A stretch of 63,724 nt of DNA, the filler included, from Blastocystis sp. subtype 4 (taxonomy: Eukaryota), in the NCBI RefSeq assembly GCF_000743755.1. It is 4 parts of 4 records of this genome, joined end to end, with 100 filler letters (N's around TTAATTAATTAA, not from the genome) between each part and the next. Parts side by side here need not be neighbours in the genome. Positions count along the whole stretch, not along the records: positions 1 to 17,137 come from NW_014569316.1; positions 17,238 to 34,185 come from NW_014569315.1; 2 more parts are not named here. One strand, 5' to 3'. How positions within the stretch are numbered: the stretch's first letter is position 1; every line of letters begins with the position of its first letter. The position numbers and the translations under genes were made by a program. The notes below the pieces were generated by a model. It searched no databases and was not told where the DNA came from. It worked only from the letters and a program-made list of their open reading frames with translations. Positions 12,823 through 25,229 of this stretch are shown here, in pieces.

Positions 12823-13432
12823 TCATTGTTTTTGTCTGTAGTTGTAAAGAAGAGTAAGAATATTCTTGTATGTATGATCAAATCCCCTATGATAGGAGTA
12901 ACAGTACATTCTTACGCTTCTTTACTCATTATATTGTAGATAGCTAACGCGACGTTTCGAATGGAGTAACTAGGATCTTCAGTGATCATTTTCCAGTAAA
13001 GATCCAAAATCCGCTTCTTCACATTCTGATCGAAGTTCTTCCGATGACGATGCTTCGTTGTGTGGCGGTACACAGTTTTTCGTGTGTTGAACATTGTGCG
13101 ACGATTTAGTACTTTTCGATTGACTTCCTCCGGTTCAAGGACAGGAATTATTGTGAATAGATTATAATCCATCTGAATTAGATGGAGGTTACCCCCTTTT
13201 TGATCTAGCATTTGACTAGTGCGATTCGCCATTAACATTGACCACTGATCTCGTAAATTCATTTCGTTTAGATCCTTTATACTGGTTGTTTGAATCGGAT
13301 GTGATAATCCCGGTAAATTCATACTTGATTGTGTAATGCGGCTACTATCTATTCTTGACATTCTGAAGCAACAATTACTAGAATTGTTATTTTGCACTTC
13401 AACTCCATTTTTCCAGCTCTCATTGACGGCAT
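12823..13432 (-). CDS. Hypothetical protein with a C-terminal homeodomain-like basic arm and helices
   Basis: Spliced ORF ending RHRKNFDQNVKKRILDLYW...HTYKNILTLLYNYRQKQ*. Confidence 0.5.
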
Positions 13433-13730
13433 CTTCTAGAAGTCATTAGTAGGAAAAACAAACCACTTCCGATGAATGTCTTCCTCAAGTCAATTACTGT
13501 AATATCATTTCTAAAGGACTCTAGAGTAAAACGGTAATCACTGTTATACTTTCCGCTTCGGGATGGACGCTGGTTTTCTCACTTTCTATTGGACTTACCA
13601 ATCCAGTGAGGTTGTTTCTATCCATTTTGGGAAACGTTGTTGCCAAAAGAATATAATCACTGTAGCATGATAATCATGAATACCTGAGTATGTCATAATA
13701 AACAACAAAAAAACCAAATCACTAACCAAC

Positions 13731-16360
13731 TTACAGCTTATCCAGGAAACGATCAGAAGTGGGTACTTCAGGAGCAAGACCCTTTCTGTTACGAATAGAC
13801 TTGACCATTTCGTTAGTCTTGGTTCCCTCAACAAGAGGATCACCTCCATTGAAAGGCTGCCAGTGAGAGAATACGCACTGAGGGAAGGCCTGTCCAGCAG
13901 TGGCAGAACGGAGATCCTGAGTGAAACCGAAGGACTCAGCAACAGGGAGATAAGACTTGATGTTCATCATGGGAGTTCCAGGTTCATCAATCTCCTCAAA
14001 CACATGACCACGTCTGCGAGTCAACACTCCATAGATACCTCCAGAGACAGCACGAGGGACCTGAATCTCGCAGAGGAACACAGGCTCCACCAAACAAGGA
14101 TCAGCAGTCAACATGGTTTTCCCAGAACCACACGACGAGCAGGAGGCATGATCTGACCCATACCACGATGGATAGAATCAGCGTGAAGAGTCACATCCAT
14201 CAGCTTGCACAGCACATTACGAATAGGCTCATCACACATAGGACCAGCACCACAAGCAGCTCCGAATCCAGCCACCACAGACTCCTTGATTTCATTCAGA
14301 TACTGAACTCCGTGAGTAGCATCACAGAACAGATTAGGACCATTTCCATCAGGACCGAAAGCCCAGATCTTACGCAGCAACTCCACATCGAGACCATAGT
14401 TGGTGCTGATGTAACGAGCACGCTCCTTGAACTCCTGCTCGGGAGTGATCTTCTGATCCTCGATCTCCTGAGCCATACCATCGGGCATGGGCTCCACATT
14501 CACATACAGACGATTGTGNNNNNNNNNNNNNNNNNNNTCTGTAGAAGCAGAGTTGATGGACTCACGGAAGGCAACCACAGGAGGAGAGATCTTGATGGGA
14601 GTTCCCTTCATGAAATCGTCCTGAAGATCCTTCAAGCAAATCTCCAGATGCAGCTCTCCAGCTCCAGCAATAATGTGCTCTCCAGCCTCTGTGTTGGTAA
14701 TCACGACCATAGGATCGGACTTCGACAGACGCTTCAGACCCTCTACCAGACGAGGCAGATCTCCAGGATTCTTGGGCTCCACAGCCACACGCACGACAGG
14801 AGACACAGAGAACTTCATCATCTTGATGGTCATAGCAGTCTCACAGTCAGTCAGAGTAGCCTGCTTCAGAATGTACTGATCCACTCCCACCAGACCACAG
14901 GTATTACCACAAGGAATATCAGCCACCTGCTCCACAGTACGACCCATCATAATGACAGTACGCTGGACAGACTTGATCTGAAGATCGTTCTTGTTCTCAG
15001 CAGAGTACTTGGGTCCCAGAATACGCACCTTCTGACCAGAGCGGATAATTCCAGAGAACACACGACCGAAAGCATAGAAACGAGACTGATCGGCAGTAGG
15101 CACCATCTTAGACACGTACATCATCAAACAGCCGTTAGGATCGCACTTCTTCATGGCCTCACAAGCTTCATCATCAACAGGTCCATCGTACAAAAGAGGA
15201 GCACGGTACTTCTGAGCCTCCACAGGACTGGGCAAATGAAGCACAATCATCTCCAACAGAGCATCAGCAGCAGGCAACCACTTCGACATCACACGCTTCA
15301 CCAGAGCCTTATCACGAAGATCCTTCTCTTCAGAAGTCAGATTCACTCCCAGAGTCTCCAACATCTTCATGTAACGCTCAGTACGTCCTTCACTCAGAGC
15401 ACGATACAAACCATACACAGGATCCAGAATGAACTGGACGAACGCACGCTTCAGAGGCTTCTTGCCAGCAGCCTTACGCTCATCCTTGTGGTCAGTCTTG
15501 GCCCACTTCTTGTTATCGGGATCAAAGAAGTAATCTCCCCACAGACGCTCCATCATACGATTCTCCTCAATACCGAACTTCTTGGAGTACATACGAGCGA
15601 ACTTACGGAGAGTGAATCCCCACTGCTGGAGACCCGAACCGAAAGCCACAGTTCCATGCTGAGGATACACCTGAATATCACCCACAGCCTCATCGGGATA
15701 AGTGGCAATGATCACATTCACAGACTCCACAGACTTCATCAGCTTGTGGTAAGCCTCCTCGGGATCCAACTGCAACTCAGAAATCACACGATCCAGCTTG
15801 TTGCACATCAGCACAGGACGAATACGCTCAGTCAGAGCCTGACGAAGAACAGTCTCAGTCTGGACACACACTCCACCCACAGAGTCCACAACCACCAGAG
15901 CTCCATCAGTCACACGCAGAGCAGCAGTGACCTCAGAAGAGAAATCGACGTGTCCCGGAGAATCAATAAGATTGATCAAATATGAGTTCTGCTTAATCTC
16001 CACGTTCTCCTCGACCTCCTCTCCCTCAGCAGGAGCAGCCTTATCCGTCTGCTTGTCGATGGTTTCAGGATCATACTCGAAATACAGAGAGATACCAGTA
16101 GACTTAATGGTAATGCAACGCTCCTGCTCATCAGCACGAGTATCGGTGAAACGAGCATCTCCGGCAGCCTTCTTGGAGATAATACCAGCCTTAGACACCA
16201 AAGCATCGGTAAGAGTCGACTTTCCGTGATCGACGTGGGCAACCACAGAAAGGTTACGAATGTTATTGGTCATATTCATCATATGACGGATCTGATCGAT
16301 GGTAAAGTTGACCTACACTACAGTTAGTTATATTCATTCAAACAATTCAATTCTTACCAT
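13731..16360 (-). CDS. EEF2: Translation elongation factor 2; 2-nt frameshift at ~14116-14119 and N gap 14519-14537
   Basis: ATG, 45-nt intron, then [43 protein letters not shown], diphthamide loop [10 protein letters not shown]-terminal FLDKL. Confidence 0.98.
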
Positions 16361-16975
16361 TTCGAGATTATCTAGGCTGTTTGCTAAGAATTATGTGACT
16401 TTGCCATTGGTGGAAAGAATGGGACACTTCGGAATCTTCTGTCACAATTATACCTATTCAATATATGTCCTTGTCTCAATTCAGATCCATCGTGTTACTT
16501 GTTCATTTGTCTTTATTGAGAAGAGAAACTACAGGAAGGAAACTCAGATCCATTCTGTGTTGGGATGGTGTTTGATGAACTTCCAAGAATCCAGTCATTA
16601 AGAGGTCTTGGAAGGATTAGGATCGATGCTTTCGATTGTGTGACATTTGTTGGATCGATCCAGATAGTAGGAAGGACTGGAACTTAGGAGAGACTAGGAA
16701 ATAGGTAGAATCGCTTTAAACGAACCTAGTGCAATTAAAACTTAATCAAATTAGTTCACTTCACTTTCTATTCCCACTTTTCCTTCATTCTCACTCTAAT
16801 CATTTTGTTATCATCAGTGGATTTCAATAAAACAATTTCTATTTCATACTCTCTTTTGATTCTCAAGAAAATGAGTAGAATTGATTGTTCGCAATAATGG
16901 ACACATTATTCCAGTATGTCGTATCATGTTTCTCCATTTCTCCAATTGATGGGAAAACAGAATCAAGTTGTTAGA

Positions 16976-17137
16976 ATGCTGGCATCTGTTCCTGGAGTGA
17001 TCTCGAAGCGTGTCATGCCGATGATGGTAAGTGTGTGGGTGTGTATGAGTAATGAGTGTAGCGTGGTTTTGCTGGAGCTGTGGATTTGACGAAACCATTT
17101 ACGGAGCGTCTGTATGAAGCCCGTAAGCAGGCTTTGG
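16976..17137 (+). CDS. 5' fragment of a mitochondrion-targeted protein, possibly propionyl-CoA carboxylase beta chain (cut by contig end)
   Basis: Spliced MLASVPGVISKRVMPMM|RGFAGAVDLTKPFTERLYEARKQAL: a presequence-like segment ending RGFA, then a stretch resembling the PCCB region before GGG. Confidence 0.4.
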
Positions 17138-17237
17138 NNNNNNNNNNNNNNNNNNNNNNNNNNNNNNNNNNNNNNNNNNNNTTAATTAATTAANNNNNNN
17201 NNNNNNNNNNNNNNNNNNNNNNNNNNNNNNNNNNNNN
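17138..17237. other. Artificial contig linker (44 N + TTAATTAATTAA + 44 N)
   Basis: 100-nt spacer with stops in all six frames; identical copies at 34186 and 51188. Confidence 0.97.
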
Positions 17238-17405
17238 AGAAACAAATGAGTTCATTACAGCCATTCCTCTCTTGGAAATACCACGATCAGGATGCACTTG
17301 CTTCAACACCTTGTAGATGTAGGTGGCATAAGAATCAACCTTGGTGGTTCTTCTCTTCTTCTTGTCATCAGCATTCTCCACAGCAGTCTTAACGTCTTCA
17401 GACAT
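17238..17405 (-). CDS. H2B: Histone H2B (partial, cut by contig end)
   Basis: [32 protein letters not shown]. Confidence 0.95.
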
Positions 17406-18079
17406 GGTCAATAGTAAAAGAATATGACAAATCCTTTGATCGAAATCTGTGGCTACAAGCAAGAGAATATTGTTAACCCAATGAAATAAGAGATGGCCAA
17501 AATAATATCAATTATTGGGTAAATAATAGTTATTGGAATTTTGATTTTCAAATCATTTTAGCTGTTTCAGTAAGTCTTCATTTCACTGGTGAAACAAAAT
17601 TCTGTCAACTGAAAGCAATTATAGGAAGGAATTCAAGTTGAATGGGTCATTAAGGTAACAACAAGTACCAGGAATCACCCTGGAGGACCTTAAGATGTGG
17701 ATTATTTGTTTTCACCTATTTGCTGTTCAAATTCGCTTGTAGTACGAGAAACAATATCCATAAGGTCAGTTACTGCAAATCATTTCTCACTTTCACAAAT
17801 CATTCTCAAAGATCTGTGTAGATTGTCTAGCGGTGTACAAATTCCTTGAATATGTTTCCTGAAATGATTCATCCTGAAAAGAGACACCTAGAAACACCTA
17901 TACACAGTTTCAGTCGAATGACTGTTAGTTCACCAAAAGGCTATTTGTCTATCAAAGTATGAGAAACGAATACCTAAATCAAGAGAACAAGGTTATCTGA
18001 TTTGACACCAAAAGAAGCACAAAATAGTCCCTATTCTTTCGTTTAGACTGATTCTCTCTCATTACTTACTATTCGAGTC

Positions 18080-21000
18080 ATGAGTCAAGTGCTTCCATCT
18101 GGAATTGATATGGGAAACATTGTGACACTGTCATCTGTTTTCCAGATTAACGAGGATGATCCTCAAAAGTCAGCTCCTGTTAAAGTAGCTGATCGAAACG
18201 GAGCAAAAGAGTCATCGTAAGATTATGAAAGATATGGTTTATTATACTTTTAGGTCTGAAGTGTACTTTGATAATGATAACCGTTTGACAGGAACTGCTG
18301 CAAAGGTGGTTGTATATGATATTTGAATAACGAGTTATCATTATAGAGTGACAGAAATCCTTCTCATTGTATCCGATTCATCAAATCTTCTATTAAACGA
18401 CCTTTTAATGATATCAGTGAATTTACCAAGAGTGTTGTACCCTCAATACACAAGGATGAAGCAGGAGAAGTTGAATATGTCCTCCCAATAGGAGGAAAGG
18501 AGACACATTTTTGGCCTCCTCAACTTATTGGTGCCTGTATATCCGATCGTATTGAAGATGTCAAGAAAGAGAGAAAGAATACAAATCTTTGTCTTGTTCT
18601 CTCTGTTGAAACATTGAATATTCATGATACATAGGTCCCATCATACTATACAAAGGAACAGATCGAAGATTATCAGGCAGGTCTTGCAGTTTCGTCTATT
18701 ACAGAATACATTATGATCCGTGAAGTCGATTCAGTTGCCGTTGATTATGGATTCTACAAGGATATTTATCATGAATTTGATTCAAATCCCAGAGTCGTCC
18801 TGTTTGTAGGTATCGGGTATAGTGAAGCTCAATCCTTTGCTGTTCGATTTTCCAAGGGTCATTATGATATTCTCGCATATACACACTCCAATCAAGTAAG
18901 TTCAAGTCAAGTTGATACTATTCTCTTTGATATGCTCCTGGATGCATACGATGAGGTTCGTGATCCTGATAGTGACCCCGATTTCCGCACTAGTCCTACT
19001 GCTGCTGCCAAACTTCTTCCTGTGATATTGATGGTTAAACAGCAGTTCAGTGTGTCATGTATGAATAAATAGGACGGATAAGTGTCTAGCACTCGAAATG
19101 TGTGAGGTGACCATTCCTGATTACAATGAGGATGGAGATGATATGTATCTTGAACTCTCTGCTGAAGATCTTCGTGAGAGGATTGAGGCTAGTGGAATGC
19201 TAAATCAGTTACATTCGGTTGTTCAACAGTGTATCGCAGATATGAAGGGAATCATACCAAATCAACTCGAGATTATGGATAATGGTATTCTAACTGTTCC
19301 TTTCTATGAGTGTGTAAATAATGTCTGTAAAGAGAATGGAGTTGAGATATCCTCTTTCACTTTTATGTTAGAAGCTTAATCCCACTTAGAGTTAAATGCT
19401 TCTCATATCACATCAGAATGTGTGGTGAATGGAAATGCGAAGTATGCATTTTATGCTAGTTATTTTGGAAATGATCATTATACCAATATGATACCAATGC
19501 TATGTTCATCTGTGACACCAGTCACAGTGAACTGCTCATATGTTACAGCTCCCGAGTTAGTTGCTCAGAATCACGCGGTCCAATGTAAGAATGATGAATC
19601 AAGCTGATTCGTAGTCTCTCAGATAGTGACTGCCAAGATCAAGACGGCTGAAGATATCGAGAGTACTGTTAGTCAACAGAAACGACTAGCAGAAGGAATC
19701 CTAGATGCTCAGAATGCTTATCAGCAAGTGATTCAATTCTATAAGCAGCGGATTGAGGATGGTCCTAATGCAGGAGGTCTGAATAGTAATGAGATTGCTT
19801 TGAATCCAATGATGCCTCATCTCATTGCAAAGTACTCCCAATGGTTCACTCATAATTCAAATTCGAATGAGAAGGTACTTCGAGAAATGACAGAAATGGC
19901 GACTAAGGAATTCAAGAATGAAGAGGCACGATATCATGAAGAACGAATGAAGGAACTGAAAGAGAAGAGATTACTAGAGCAGAAGCTAGAACAACAACGG
20001 AAAAAAGAAGGAGATCGTCGTCGAAGAGAAGAAGAAGAACGAGCAAAAGTGGAATTACAGAACAAGATTACGAGATGGAAGAATCTTGCAGAGAAAACAA
20101 AGAATCTATGTTGCTTTATGTCTGCTGAGGAGATCCAATTTCTACGAGATGAAGAACATATTATGTTAGAGTAGAAACAGAGAATGAATTCTAGATTGGA
20201 TACCCCAGAACAGGGGAAGCAAACAGTTGGTCAAGGACTCTTACGTCGTTTGTCTGGATCCCATTCGCTACGATCCTCTGGATCGATGGCTATTCCAGGT
20301 AAGTCTATTCGTGATCCATATCTCGTACCTATCTCGATCAAGCCTCGTCGTCATAGTCCTATCGATATGACAAAACTAAGTCGTATGAGTGGTGTGGTGG
20401 AGGTTCGTCCTGGAGTGTTGTATCAAGGAATGTTATTAAATGGAGTACCTGAAGGAATGGGTGAATTAGTGGATATAAATGAGAATGAGTTGTTATATCA
20501 AGGACACTTCAAAAATGGCTTCTATCATGGAAGAGGAACTCTCTATATGAATAACACTCAAGTCAAAGATGGTATCTTTGAGAAAAATCGATTGATAGAA
20601 GGAAGAACGATTTATCGTGATGGATCCATGTATATTGGACAGTATCATAATGGAAGTCATCATGGACATGGGCGTTTCATTCTTCCATCGGGTGTATGGA
20701 TTGAAGGAAAATGGGATGGTGGTAAACCCAAAGGAGAGTTCAAGATCCATGTTGCTGATGGAAAGAAGATGGAAACAGTCTATGATTTTGATCATGCTGA
20801 TGATAACACATTGTATACCGTGAAGATCTTATCAGATCGCATTTATTACGAAGATAAGTATTTAATGAAGAATGTTCAGCCTGTGTTCCTTTTCTACTTC
20901 AACGGTGATGTTTATGTCGGAAATACAAATGGTGTCTATGTACCTGTTGGTGGGGACTATTATCGCATGGTTGAACGAGGATACGAGAAACTGGTTGTGG

Positions 21001-21089
21001 GAGAAGGCATGCCTGGATTGACTCTTCGTGACATCAAGTGCAATCCTGTATCCCTTGTCAAAAACATATCTTTTGTCTTTGGTGAGTGA
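18080..21089 (+). CDS. Divergent Hsp70/Hsp110-type nucleotide-binding domain fused to a coiled coil and MORN repeats
   Basis: GIDMGN, VPSYYTKEQ, IREVDSVAVDYGFYK, PRVVLFVGIGYS (Hsp110-like); E/K/R-rich coil; YQGHFKNGFYHGRG, YIGQYHNGSHHGHG (MORN). Frame is continuous using ~30-nt GT-AG introns plus one AT-AC intron. Confidence 0.72.
19347..19385 (+). other. U12-type AT-AC intron (39 nt)
   Basis: ATATCCTC...AGCTTAAT-CCCAC; phase-0 removal deletes an in-frame TAA and joins GTT GAG|TTA GAG; I found no typical GT-AG solution. Confidence 0.8.
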
Positions 21090-21222
21090 ATGAATTGAAG
21101 TTTGTTTGTTCGTATCACTGAACATACTTCAGGAGTTTAGAGAAATCGGCCAATCAAATCTCGTTTTGGCAATGATCAAACTTTCTTGAATCCAAAAAAT
21201 CTTGTGTATCTGGGATATTCTG

Positions 21223-23581
21223 ATGGAGCCTGATTTGCCCTATCCGTCTTATCATGGTAGTGATAATGAAGTAAATCAATTGCAGACTATATGAGAAATT
21301 GCTCTTCCCAAATAGCATCTATCTCCTATAGACAGCTAACAGACGTCGAATTGAGACAGTTCCAGTCCTTTTGTTTGAATCAATGTAAAGTTTCTAATTC
21401 ACGTTAAAATCTATAGCAACGGATAAGACGTTCTCGAATGTCCATATTATCACTCGGATCAACGGACAAGAGATAAGATTCGATCCCCATTCTGTGACCG
21501 GATGCCTTTTTATTGATGATGTTTACCTCTGCACGTCTTCAGGTTTCGTGAATTATGGCTCGGATATTGTTCTCCCAAGTATGATTCGCAATAGTACATT
21601 GCGTAACTGCTATGTTTTTCCCAATTGTCATATTTCCCAAAATGCGCTGATTGAGAATACAATTATCCAGACCAACTCGATTGTAATGGGTTGTGGTCGT
21701 ATTACTTGTTGCAGTAGTATTTTGCTTCATTAGTTATTGTTAGAGCATTCTCTTTTTGGAAATGGAGTGATATGCAATATGGGAAATGAAACGGGAGGTC
21801 TCCAAATCCCTATAACTGCTGATCTTCTCTACAATGACCTCGAAGACGCCACCTCCATGAAACCACCTCCACTTGACCCTTCTTACTTGTATTCTCGATG
21901 ATGGATTTGATACCTAGGGATGATATTCGAGGTGATTATTGTGTGATTGGACCAAATGCCGCGGTTGAGATGTGTTCATTAATCGACAGCACTGTCATTG
22001 GTCCGTTTGCTCATGTAGTCTCTAGTCATATCGTGAATAGTTCAGTTTTGAGTAGTCACTGCAATCCTACAAAGTAATGAATGGATGTTTCTGTGAAATA
22101 GGGTGACTTCAGGTGATATTATTGATAGTATTCTTCAGTGGGGAACCGTTTTTGAATCAGGTTCCAATTGCGCACAAAGTTTGTTGTGTGAACACACAAC
22201 AACAAGCTGTAATGCAAAGATTGTGAATAGTATTATTGCTCCCAATACGGGTGTATCTTCAGGTGAGTGTAACTCTTCTCTTGTGGGACCTTTTATTGGA
22301 TTCCATCATAATAGTGTACTGATTAGTGGTAGAACTGATCAACATGGATGATACATAGCTCTGTGGTTTTATGGAAAAGGAAACATTGGATATGGAGCCA
22401 ATATTGGAAGCAATCATACAGGAAGATTACCTGATCAGGAATGTCTTCCTGGTGAGGGTGTGTTCTTTGGACTAGGATGCAACATCAAGTATCCTTGCAA
22501 TATGCTTAAAGCACCGTATTCGTTGATCGCATCTGGTATTACGCTACTACCTCAAGTGATCAAATGTTGTAGGAATAATGAATAGAAAGTGGAAATGCCC
22601 TTTTCATTGATCAACAAGCCATCGGTTAATGATAGTTCAGTTTCTCCTGCTTATAATGAGATTCTTCCTGGCTGGGCCTTGTACAACAACTACTACATGA
22701 TTATCCGTAATGAGAACAAGTTTATGCAACGTAACAAGAGCAAACGTAATGCATTTGAGACACAGGTGATTCGTCAAAGCATTGTTGATTTGATGTTCAG
22801 TGCTCGATCTCAGTTATTGATGCGTGAGCCAGCAAATCAGGATACATTTCTGGATTTGGACTCATTTGGCACGTTACGTGATACTCGGAGTAGTTCATTC
22901 AGTATGTTGAGAGCGATTGGAGAAGAAAGTGAAGAATCAGAGAATGACATGACCCCAATCAACCTCGAAGTGAAAGATATGTATACCGATTCGGATGTAA
23001 GATTACTGGCACAGATTCTAGTATAGATTACTGGAATTGGTAAGAATATGATGACAGAACGTAGTCGTCAGCATGGAATCAACATCTACTCTTACTTTAT
23101 CCGTCTGTTTTATCTACGTAAATTGAAATCTCTGGTCCAAGACATCTATTCCGAGTCAGAATCATATTCATTATCTGAGTTACTGTCAACAGAAACATGG
23201 AGAGAAATGAAGGAGTAGGAGACTCTGTATGATTCTATGATAGGACACTTCGTACAGAATGCAAAGAGACGACATTGGATATGTTGATGGAGGTGTTGTA
23301 CTCGATGGAAGATTTGCTCCTTCAAAACGCTATTCGTTCGAAAAAGAAGGATTTTGTACGTGGACGTAATATTTACGAAGTTGTATTGTCTTGGAGAAAT
23401 GACATGTAGTTCTATGACAAGACCCATGACTACGAGAAGGATATGAAAGTTGTTGAAGAAAGAAAAGCGTATCTATTCACTAGTTTTGGTAACGAATAGC
23501 TTCTTGGAAGAGGAAAAGAAAACTGTAATGAAGATTGTGCAACGCATTAAGGATGTTGATGAGACACTTTCTATCCTCTAA
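21223..23581 (+). CDS. DUF4954-family (left-handed beta-helix-like) protein
   Basis: YRQLTDVELRQF N-terminus; SLVGPFIGFHHNSVLI; GNIGYGANIGSNHTGRLPDQECLPGEGVFFGLG; MPFSLIN. Confidence 0.72.
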
Positions 23582-23746
23582 AAGGTGTATCCATCATGTT
23601 TTTTAGAACAATGACTGCATTTACTAGAGAATTAGAGTTACAAAATTATGCTGAAATTCGCGTTGTTTGATAGCTGCCATAGTAGTTGTATTCCCGTGGA
23701 ACCTGTGTCACTACTAATATAGTACCATTGTTTATGTTTATTGAGT

Positions 23747-25137
23747 ATGGATGCAGATACTCAGAGTACAAACAATGCTGTTAATGATGATCAGTTTGGT
23801 GTTATTGGTGTTTGTAATCATCTAGTTCAGTAGTGGTGACACTCTCTTCAAAGGATGTTAATGAATGTAGTATTTCTTCCAATCTGTTATTTCTAGCTTT
23901 TTGGAAGGACTTGTTACTGTCCCAAAAAGGTGTCGTATCGGTTAGTCCTGTTGAATTGAACAATACAATATCATTTATTGTAACATTTGGAGATCCTTTA
24001 AGAGCGCGTGAAGCCATTTCGGGAGAAGGGCCTTTCTTTTCTGACGTGAATGTCCAGAATACTGATTTAAACAGCATCAAAATCACTTGCGTACCATTAG
24101 ACGAAACTAGCATCAAAGTACCTGAACGTACCTATGGCGAGAAATTGTGACCAATAGTGGCCTTAATGATAAATCCATCAGAGACCGTTTCAGCATGTAG
24201 TGTAGAAACTCCACAACAGAAGTGTTTGAGAAAGATCTTTGTGGGTGGTTTGAGTGCAACCACTGACAACAATTCATTGCACTCTCATTTTGAATCTTGC
24301 GGAGAAATTGAAGAAGCAACTGTTATCTATTACCATGGGCTAGAAAGAAGTCGAGGGTTTGGATTTGTCCTTTTTGTGAATGCTGAATCTGTTGAGGAGG
24401 CCATGCGACAATGTCCTCATATCATTGATGATAAAGAAGTTGAGATTAAGCGTGCGTTTCCAAAGATTGAAAACTTAAATGAAAATAGTGATAAGAAAAA
24501 GAGGAGACATCGTAAGAAGAAGAAGTTATCTTCACAATCTTACAATTCTCTCAAAACAGACCATAAGAATAGTGACTATTCCACCGTAAATAGTCATGTT
24601 CCCAATGGAATAGGAGCTGAACCCTCTATTAGTGAAAGGGCTGAGGAACCCAGTTGTTTGCATTCGGTGGGCCCCAATATCAATCCCGCGGATATGTCTT
24701 ATTTTCAGTATGTTCCTCAGCCATTTTTGCAAAGACAAGTGGGTCCTTCCCAACATCTCCGATTTTCAACAAGCTTGAGTGATGTACACTTTTCAATGGG
24801 AAGTCGTGATCCTTATGTTCCCAATCAGTTACCATATGAAATGAATCCTGTTCGATACTATCCTAACAATTATCGTGGTTATTCTCATTATTCTGAAGAA
24901 CCATATCAACGGGATTTGCGTACTCGTCATGTTATGGGGGAATACGATTATTCTGATAAGTCAATATATTCGTATGTTCCATATGAGCACATGAATGATT
25001 ATATGAATACTTCAAATCAGAGGTCTCGTATTGATTATTACCCTGATCAGACACGTGAATTTGGTATGACTGCATATGAATATCCTCCGTCTTTTTCATC
25101 TGTATTGCGAGGTAGTACTCATAAGAGGTATTATTAG
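23747..25137 (+). CDS. RRM RNA-binding protein (hnRNP A/Musashi-type RRM) with a Tyr-rich low-complexity tail
   Basis: RKIFVGGL (RNP2), RSRGFGFVLF (RNP1), HIIDDKEVEIKRA. Confidence 0.85.
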
Positions 25138-25229
25138 TTTGCAGTCATATTGTTTGTTAAAAGTGGATATTAGTTAACATTAATCCCACTTATTCCATCA
25201 TTTGCTTCTTAACAAACAAATCACTAAAG

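Noticed and set aside
14168..15985. 605-aa plus-strand ORF and locally high GC
   Set aside because: Antisense shadow of eEF2 caused by strong codon bias; not a separate gene or foreign island
16620..16661. GGATCGAT...ATCGATCC inverted repeat upstream of eEF2
   Set aside because: Only an 8-bp stem with no other support for an ncRNA or mobile element
17182..17193. TTAATTAATTAA repeated at ~17-kb spacing (also 34230-34241 and 51232-51243)
   Set aside because: Each sits in the middle of an identical 100-nt N spacer and genes are cut at the edges: a contig concatenation linker, not biology
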